IMG/VR virus record: IMGVR_UViG_3300025137_005045
From: a virus
Lineage: Duplodnaviria; Caudoviricetes
Strand: one strand, 5' to 3'
Length of the DNA: 64,000 bases
The position numbers were made by a program, and so were the translations under genes. The notes beneath the pieces are model-generated. The model was not told the origin of the DNA, did not search any database, and saw only the letters and a program-made list of their open reading frames with translations. Positions 57,534 to 64,000 of the stretch are shown here, one piece after another (position 1 is the first letter of the stretch; each line of letters begins with the position of its first letter).

Positions 57534-58289
57534 ATGTTTACAACTCAAGTCTATTTATATAAGCAAAAACACCAAGTGGTATTAAGAGATACCACAACGG
57601 CTCTAACATCAATGAGGTATAATCCCGTGTACGCAAAAAATTTAAAATTACACAGAGGCACAGATAATGTCTTAGTGTTTACATTTGTTAATCAGGACCA
57701 AAAACCTGTTAATAATTCCACAGCAACCTTTACATTCAGATTAATCAATAGAGAAGGCAGTGACGTACTTCTTGCTAAAACAATGACTGCTATTGATGCT
57801 ACTAAAGGTACTGCTTCAATTACTGTCACTGAACAAGAATTAGATGCAGTAAGCACACAACGAGCACACTACACAATTGAACGTAGTCTTTCGACCAGTG
57901 ATCTTTATGACGCTGTGTTTGTAGATGATCATTTGGGAGGTAGAGGCGTTGTTGAAATTGTTGATTCTGTTATGCCAACACATACCGAAAGCACCTCGAT
58001 TACAATTCCAGCCTTCTTTGATGATGAAGGTGTTACTACCCATTACTCAAGTGAATGGCATGGAACCAATGATGTTCAAACTCTACAATATAAACCTAGT
58101 GCATTTACAGGTAAGATACAAGTAGAAGGTGCAACAGCAGACGACAATTTAAGATATAATCTAGGAACTGAACTTTCTTTAACATCATCTAGTACAACCG
58201 GATATATAACTATATCGGGCTACCATCCTTTTTTAAGATTACGCATTGAAGAAACAAGTGGTAGCATATCTGAAATAAAAATTAGATAG
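57534..58289 (+). CDS. Probable virion protein (BppU-like N-terminal Ig domain)
   Basis: N.L.F.F.NQDQKPV; late core 57522-57527. Confidence 0.5.
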   Translation: MFTTQVYLYKQKHQVVLRDTTTALTSMRYNPVYAKNLKLHRGTDNVLVFTFVNQDQKPVNNSTATFTFRLINREGSDVLLAKTMTAIDATKGTASITVTEQELDAVSTQRAHYTIERSLSTSDLYDAVFVDDHLGGRGVVEIVDSVMPTHTESTSITIPAFFDDEGVTTHYSSEWHGTNDVQTLQYKPSAFTGKIQVEGATADDNLRYNLGTELSLTSSSTTGYITISGYHPFLRLRIEETSGSISEIKIR

Positions 58290-58296
58290 GTACTGT

Positions 58297-59028
58297 TTGA
58301 ACAAAATCAAAAAAATCGTTGGATTCGGTGATAGCTGGATTTACGGTGATGAGCTATTAGATCCCAAATTAGTTGAGCAAGATCAAGAAGCACATTCTTG
58401 CTGGTCTCAGAATGTAGACTATAGAGAAACTAACTGTTTCCTAGGTCTGTTAGGTCAAAATTATGATGTTCCTGTTGAGAATTTTGGAATACCAGGAGGT
58501 AGCTTACAAAGTGCTATGTGGACTTTTCTTTGGTGGCTACGTCACGAATCAAATCCAGAAGAATGTTTAGTACTACACGGTACAACAGACAACGACCGTT
58601 TTAGTCTATTTGATCCCAAACACAAGCATTATTCAAACGACCCTATTTGGAACAAATTCATACATTCAGCGTGGATAGAATATGGTAGCAGTGTTGTTCC
58701 AGACCACTTCCGAGATGTCGGTAAAAATTTAATTGCATATAGCGACTGTGAAGACCTACGTCAATATAATTATGAGCAAGCTGTTGGATTATTTGATGGT
58801 AAGAGTGCCAGACTAAACATACCAATGCTACAATTTCATATTATGCCACCGATAACTCCTATAGATGTTCCTACATTATTATGGCCCGAGCGTAATTATT
58901 GTAGTTGGATAGTAAGACATCCTGAGAAAGAATTAGTTACATGTCCAGGCGGGCACCCCAATGAAATTGGACACCAAATGATATCAAAACAGTTGATTCC
59001 GGAGATAGATTCTGTTATACTAACTTGA
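58297..59028 (+). CDS. SGNH/GDSL-hydrolase-like protein
   Basis: VGFGDSW, NFGIPGGS, GGHPNEIGH. Confidence 0.65.
   Translation: MNKIKKIVGFGDSWIYGDELLDPKLVEQDQEAHSCWSQNVDYRETNCFLGLLGQNYDVPVENFGIPGGSLQSAMWTFLWWLRHESNPEECLVLHGTTDNDRFSLFDPKHKHYSNDPIWNKFIHSAWIEYGSSVVPDHFRDVGKNLIAYSDCEDLRQYNYEQAVGLFDGKSARLNIPMLQFHIMPPITPIDVPTLLWPERNYCSWIVRHPEKELVTCPGGHPNEIGHQMISKQLIPEIDSVILT
58993..59021 (+). promoter_or_regulatory. Sigma70-type promoter for primase
   Basis: TTGATT-17-TATACT with TG extended -10; ATG 7 nt after. Confidence 0.6.
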
Positions 59029-60005
59029 TGTTAGATATCTTATCTGTTATACCAGGCAAGCACAAACAAACTTCAAGTGGTTGGGTTTCTTTCAATGCGG
59101 TCTGTTGTCAGCATAACGGAGAAAGGGCAGATAAAAGAAAGCGTGGTGGTATAAAGACCGATGGTAAAAACTGGAGTTATCACTGTTTCAATTGTGGATA
59201 TAAAGCAAGTTTTAAATTAGGACGTACACTGTCGTTTAAAACCCGTAAGCTGTTATCTTGGATGGGTGTTGATCAAAATACTATTTCTGCTCTTAACTTA
59301 GAAAGTCTAAGACATAAAGATATTAGTCAACTAGCAGAGGATAGAACACAACCAAAACTTACCAAGGTAACATTTAATAAATTGGAATTACCTAAAGAAT
59401 TGAGATTGATAGAAGAGTCTGATCAACAGTATGTTGATTATCTAGAGTCCAGAGCAGTTGATCCTGGAGATTATCCATATATGATAAGTCCAGATCAAAA
59501 AGGTAGACAAGCAGAGCGTATTGTTATACCATATACATATAATGAAGTAATAGTTGGTTGGTCAGCCAGATACTTGGATGACAGGCAACCAAAGTTTATC
59601 AATGAACAGCAACCAGGTTATGTGTTTGGTACTGATTTACAACAAGATTATTGGACACAATCTATAGTTGTTGAAGGTATATTTGATGCACTCAGTTTGA
59701 ACTGTTTAGCTGTATTACATAATGATATTAATGCAAAGCAAGCACAAGTAATTACTAGCTTGCGTAAAGATATAACAGTGGTACCAGATCAAGATGAAGC
59801 AGGACTAAAACTTGTTGATCGTGCAGTTGAATTAGGATGGGCAGTTTCAATACCTAGATGGCATCCTGAAGTTAAAGATGTAAATGACGCAGTAAAACGT
59901 TATGGTAGATTAGGAACTCTGATAACTATTATGAATAGCAGAGAAACTAGTAAAATTAAAATTGAACTTATGAGGAAGAAACTTGTTAAAAGAATACGGA
60001 ACTGA
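59028..60005 (+). CDS. gp61: DNA primase
   Basis: Zn ribbon (CC.H..YHCFNC), TOPRIM VVEGIFDAL and PDQDEAG. Confidence 0.88.
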   Translation: MLDILSVIPGKHKQTSSGWVSFNAVCCQHNGERADKRKRGGIKTDGKNWSYHCFNCGYKASFKLGRTLSFKTRKLLSWMGVDQNTISALNLESLRHKDISQLAEDRTQPKLTKVTFNKLELPKELRLIEESDQQYVDYLESRAVDPGDYPYMISPDQKGRQAERIVIPYTYNEVIVGWSARYLDDRQPKFINEQQPGYVFGTDLQQDYWTQSIVVEGIFDALSLNCLAVLHNDINAKQAQVITSLRKDITVVPDQDEAGLKLVDRAVELGWAVSIPRWHPEVKDVNDAVKRYGRLGTLITIMNSRETSKIKIELMRKKLVKRIRN

Positions 60006-61386
60006 TATACAAAGACTATTTCTTGAAATGATGTTGCAGGATGCACAGAGTTATACTCGTGTACAAAATATCTTTAATCCAGAAAACTTTGATCGTAGCT
60101 TACAAGAATGTGCTAAATTTATTAAAGATCATGCTGACAAACATAACACAATGCCAGACATGAAGCAGGTTTCCGCAGTTACTAATATTCAATTAACATC
60201 AATACCCGAAGCCAAAGACGGACATTTTGATTGGTTCTTAGAAGAGTTTGAAGGTTTTACACGCAGGCAAGAACTTGAACGTGCAATCTTAAAGTCAGCT
60301 GACTTGTTAGAGAAAGGTGATTATGGACCGGTAGAAAAAATAGTTAAAGATGCAGTACAAATTAGTTTAACTAAAGACATGGGAACAGATTACTTTTTAG
60401 ATCCTAAAACCAGACTAATGGAAATTAAGTCCAGTAACGGACAAGTATCAACAGGTTGGCCAATGTTAGATAGATTGTTGTATGGCGGATTTAATAGAGG
60501 TGAACTACAGATATGGGCAGGCGGATCTGGTTCTGGTAAAAGTTTGTTTATGCAGAATATGGCAGTAAACTGGGCAATGCAAGGCATGAATGGTTGTTAT
60601 TTAACATTGGAATTAAGTGAAGGCTTGTGTGCCATGCGTATGGATAGTATGATGACAAACACTGCATCAAAAGAAATATTCAAAGATATCGATAACGTTG
60701 AAATGAAAGTTAAACTTGCAGGTAAAAAAGCAGGACACTTACGTATCAAATATATGCCAGCACAGTCAACAGTAAATGATATCAGAGCATACATGAAAGA
60801 ATTAGAAATACAAACTGGACATAAGCCAGACTTTCTATGCGTTGATTACTTAGATTTGTTAATGCCCGTGAGTGCTAAAGTTTCACCAAATGATTTGTTT
60901 GTTAAAGACAAGTATGTGAGTGAAGAATTACGTAACCTGGCAAAAGAATTAGATATCATATTTGTAACAGCATCGCAATTGAATAGGGGTGCAGTGGAAG
61001 AAGTAGAGTTTGATCACAGTCACATTGCAGGTGGATTGAGTAAAATTAATACTGCTGATAATGTGTTTGGTATATTTACAAGTCGTGCAATGCGAGAACG
61101 TGGAAGATATCAAATACAGTTAATGAAAACTAGATCAAGTTCAGGTGTAGGGCAAAAAGTAGATCTAGAGTTTAATTTAGATACACTACGTATTACAGAC
61201 CTAGGCGAAGAAGGACAAAGTGATTACAATAGACCATCACCAAGTGGTAGTAAAATTATGGACTCAGCAAAATCTACTACTAGCACAGTATCTGATGGAC
61301 AAGTACAAAAAGAAGATGGTAAAGTAACAGCTGATATACAAAGCAGTAAACTAAAAAGTCTATTAAGTCAAATTAAAACTCAGTAA
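59983..61386 (+). CDS. gp41: Replicative helicase (DnaB-like)
   Basis: GGSGSGKS, LTLE, VDYLDL, TASQ.NR, KTR. Confidence 0.9.
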   Translation: MLKEYGTDIQRLFLEMMLQDAQSYTRVQNIFNPENFDRSLQECAKFIKDHADKHNTMPDMKQVSAVTNIQLTSIPEAKDGHFDWFLEEFEGFTRRQELERAILKSADLLEKGDYGPVEKIVKDAVQISLTKDMGTDYFLDPKTRLMEIKSSNGQVSTGWPMLDRLLYGGFNRGELQIWAGGSGSGKSLFMQNMAVNWAMQGMNGCYLTLELSEGLCAMRMDSMMTNTASKEIFKDIDNVEMKVKLAGKKAGHLRIKYMPAQSTVNDIRAYMKELEIQTGHKPDFLCVDYLDLLMPVSAKVSPNDLFVKDKYVSEELRNLAKELDIIFVTASQLNRGAVEEVEFDHSHIAGGLSKINTADNVFGIFTSRAMRERGRYQIQLMKTRSSSGVGQKVDLEFNLDTLRITDLGEEGQSDYNRPSPSGSKIMDSAKSTTSTVSDGQVQKEDGKVTADIQSSKLKSLLSQIKTQ

Positions 61387-62379
61387 ATGATTTCTTATCA
61401 TGATATAAAACATATCCACTTAGAAATATCTAGTTTATGTAATGCCCGATGTCCACTATGCCCTCGTAACTTTCACGGCTATCCCTATAATGATGGATAC
61501 ATAGAAAGAAACCTCACACTTGAAGATGTTAAAAAGATATTTGAACCCAACTTTGTGAAACAGTTAACGGGAGTAATGATCAATGGTAACTTTGGAGACT
61601 GTGTTATGAATACAGAAACTCCAGACATCATTGAATATTTTAAAACATACAGTCCTAATATTAAAATAGATATAAACACCAATGGTGGTGCACGCTCTAA
61701 ACAGTTTTGGCAACGGTTAGCTAAACTAGATGTTCGAGTATTTTTTGCATTGGACGGATTATCCGATACACATTCTATATATAGGCAAGACACGGTATAT
61801 GAAACAGTAATAAAGAATGCACAAACATTTATCAACGCAGGCGGTAATGCTATTTGGAAAATGATTCCTTTTGATCATAATCAACATCAAATTAAAGAAT
61901 GTCAAGCACTAAGTAAAGAACTTGGATTCAGTAACTTCATGTTAACAGACCAAGGTAGAGACAATGGAGTTGCAGTTGACAAAAAAGGCAAGGTTATTAA
62001 CGTAATAGGTAAGCCTGAGGTTATTAACTTTGATCAGCTATTAGAATCTAAAAAGACAGATGAGATATTATTAGAAGATCTTAATCCTGTGATCAAAAAC
62101 ATAACCTGTGAAGTAAAGAAAAGTAAATCAATATATGTAACAAGTACAGGAGAAGTATATCCGTGTTGTTATACTGGCTTTTATCCTAGAACATATGGTC
62201 ATGGACAATACTATCAAGTAGTTAATCAACAGTTAAAGGACATCATTGAACCTAACAATGCGTTAGAAACTTCTTTACAAGAAAGTATTAGTTGGTTTAA
62301 TAGTGTTGAGGAAAGTTGGAGTAATAAAGATTTCAACAATGGCCGTTTAGTTATCTGTAACGATGTTTGCGGTTCCTGA
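61387..62379 (+). CDS. Radical SAM protein with SPASM/twitch-like tail
   Basis: CNARCPLC (CxxxCxxC), VYPCC, CNDVC. Confidence 0.85.
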   Translation: MISYHDIKHIHLEISSLCNARCPLCPRNFHGYPYNDGYIERNLTLEDVKKIFEPNFVKQLTGVMINGNFGDCVMNTETPDIIEYFKTYSPNIKIDINTNGGARSKQFWQRLAKLDVRVFFALDGLSDTHSIYRQDTVYETVIKNAQTFINAGGNAIWKMIPFDHNQHQIKECQALSKELGFSNFMLTDQGRDNGVAVDKKGKVINVIGKPEVINFDQLLESKKTDEILLEDLNPVIKNITCEVKKSKSIYVTSTGEVYPCCYTGFYPRTYGHGQYYQVVNQQLKDIIEPNNALETSLQESISWFNSVEESWSNKDFNNGRLVICNDVCGS

Positions 62380-62410
62380 TAAATATACAGACTAGAGAGA
62401 ATAATAACCT

Positions 62411-62656
62411 ATGCAAAAAAAGACTAGAAGTATATTAGACGAACTAAATGACTTGCACATTCCAAAAGATAAAACACATCTTGTTGAAAGTCGTGCCAGT
62501 AATATTATCCAGTCGGCAATTAATCTATTTGAACAGATTGATAAAGCATATGACAGAGAGCAGGCAGACGACCTTCAGCGTAAATTCGTCAATGCCATTA
62601 AAACCAGAGATCCAAAAAAGTTTTATAGATCAGTGAGACGTAAAGATGAAGATTAA
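62411..62656 (+). CDS. Small hypothetical late protein
   Basis: 81 aa; late core 62380-62385. Confidence 0.65.
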   Translation: MQKKTRSILDELNDLHIPKDKTHLVESRASNIIQSAINLFEQIDKAYDREQADDLQRKFVNAIKTRDPKKFYRSVRRKDED

Positions 62657-63185
62657 TGAAATAATAAATGAAGGTATACTCGATCGACTACTTGGAAGAA
62701 ATACACAAGATAGAGAGCAAGCTATAAATGCCCAAGCAATGGTAGGAGCATCGAAAATAGCCGCAAGAGCATGGGGCAAGTACAAACAAAATTTAGAACG
62801 TATCAATAATTACAATCCAGTACCAAAAGCAATGCTTAACGATAAATTAATAAAATGGATAGACGATAATCTATTAGGATCTTATTCCTTAGCCAACGGA
62901 GGAAATGTCCTGAATACGGTTGTTAAAAGAATGTCCAGTAATATAATGAGTAATCCCGAACAAACAGAAGATTCATTCAAACAAATATTAACTGTTGCAG
63001 GTAAAGTCGCATTGGATCCTACAGCAGGTGCCTCAAGCGGAGGAGGATTTGATCCAAAAAGACAGGATATTTGTCGTGACCAACCAACAACGGTAAAAGG
63101 CGACACAATATATGTATGCGGTGAGCCAATTAAAGATGGCGAGCCTGGATACAAAGAACTTGCTAATAAGTTGGGCATAAAATGA
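62646..63185 (+). CDS. Probable internal head protein
   Basis: MKINEIINE|G leader. Confidence 0.55.
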   Translation: MKINEIINEGILDRLLGRNTQDREQAINAQAMVGASKIAARAWGKYKQNLERINNYNPVPKAMLNDKLIKWIDDNLLGSYSLANGGNVLNTVVKRMSSNIMSNPEQTEDSFKQILTVAGKVALDPTAGASSGGGFDPKRQDICRDQPTTVKGDTIYVCGEPIKDGEPGYKELANKLGIK

Positions 63186-64000
63186 TAATACTTGAGGGCG
63201 GTAACGTATTCAAAGACGAAAACAAACAACCGTTAACGCAACGTATCAATCTTGCTGACATTAAGCCAACAATACAACAATTAGAAAAACTTACTGGATT
63301 ATCCTTGCAAGATAACATGTTAGGTAGTACAGGTAATAAAGCAACCAGTGGTGATTTAGATCTATCAGTTGATGTTACAAAAACTTCAAAAGAACAACTA
63401 ATACAAACACTCAAGGCCAAAGGCGTGGATGACAAAGATATCGCTAAGTCGGGCGACAGTGTTCATTACAAAGCACCTATAAAAGGTGATCCCAACAATG
63501 GTTATGTACAAGCAGACTTTATGTTTGGTAATCCAGACTGGCAAAAGTTTAGTTTAAATGTTGTTGGAAACAGCGAATTTAAAGGAGTGCATAGACATAT
63601 CCTATTAGCAAGTATTGCCAAAGCAAGAGGACTTAAATGGAGTTATAAAAATGGTCTGTTGGTTAGAGACAGTAACAGATTGTTATCAGTTGATCCAGAC
63701 GAAATTGCTAAAATATTAATTGGTGGAACACGTAAAGATTTAAATTCAGTTGAATCAATAATTGCTAAAGTCAAACAAGATCCTGAATACGAAACACTAG
63801 TGGCAGATGCAAAGGAAACATTTGAAAAAGATGGATTGGTATTAGAAGATGCCAATGATGCAAACTTTTTAGCACGTTTAAGAGATCGTATTGTTAATCA
63901 AGGTATGCAAGTAATTATAGAAGCGGCTCGTATAGAACATCCTGAAGATATGATATTTGATGGTGCCAGCCAAGGTGCACTTAAAGCTATTGCTACCCTC
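63182..64000 (+). CDS. 3'-truncated Pol-beta-superfamily nucleotidyltransferase fusion (not in ORF track)
   Basis: ATGA overlap; MIILE|GGNVF...LGSTGNKATSGDLDL...VQADFM...VIIE|AARIEHPED; open to window end. Confidence 0.7.
   Translation, partial: MIILEGGNVFKDENKQPLTQRINLADIKPTIQQLEKLTGLSLQDNMLGSTGNKATSGDLDLSVDVTKTSKEQLIQTLKAKGVDDKDIAKSGDSVHYKAPIKGDPNNGYVQADFMFGNPDWQKFSLNVVGNSEFKGVHRHILLASIAKARGLKWSYKNGLLVRDSNRLLSVDPDEIAKILIGGTRKDLNSVESIIAKVKQDPEYETLVADAKETFEKDGLVLEDANDANFLARLRDRIVNQGMQVIIEAARIEHPEDMIFDGASQGALKAIATL

Noticed and set aside
1937-63855. Many minus-strand or nested ORFs in the track (e.g. 2669..3133, 9418..10104, 18010..18597, 26755..27126)
   Set aside because: Antisense shadows of long real genes with biased codon use; no RBS or promoter and no recognisable motifs
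1-64000. Stop-codon reassignment or introns/inteins in core genes
   Set aside because: Terminase, helicases, primase, UvsX and sheath are intact under the standard code, and TAA, TAG and TGA all end real genes
1-64000. tRNA, rRNA, CRISPR array or integrase
   Set aside because: Intergenic gaps were inspected; none shows a cloverleaf with T-loop or a repeat-spacer pattern, and no recombinase ORF was recognised

Overview
A 64 kb AT-rich, densely coding segment of a large T4-like (myovirus) phage genome, probably from an uncultured aquatic lineage; host not determinable from this window. Layout: (1) 1-14.7 kb tail fibre/baseplate-type structural genes, with a DUF115/Maf-like gene near each end; (2) a minus-strand gp14-gp15-Nudix block; (3) gp13, exonuclease, dNMP kinase, HNH, tail sheath and tube, gp4, probable small terminase; (4) a cluster of probable internal head proteins with T4 capsid-targeting-like N-termini, including an unannotated 36-aa Cys-rich metallothionein-like peptide, a thermonuclease and a pterin-dehydratase-like fusion; (5) large terminase; (6) gp32, UvsX, UvsY; (7) a roughly 9 kb glycosyltransferase/methyltransferase island; (8) AAA ATPase, UvsW, a miniature DnaE-like protein, primase, helicase, radical SAM and a Pol-beta-type nucleotidyltransferase running off the end. 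Regulatory signals are clear: TAAATA late promoters, sigma70-type promoters with a GGTTGAC -35, and terminators. Many promoters of both classes sit so that the predicted start site falls on the ATG (leaderless mRNA). No tRNA, rRNA, CRISPR array, integrase or reverse transcriptase was seen. All family calls come from motif recognition by eye; no database search was run.
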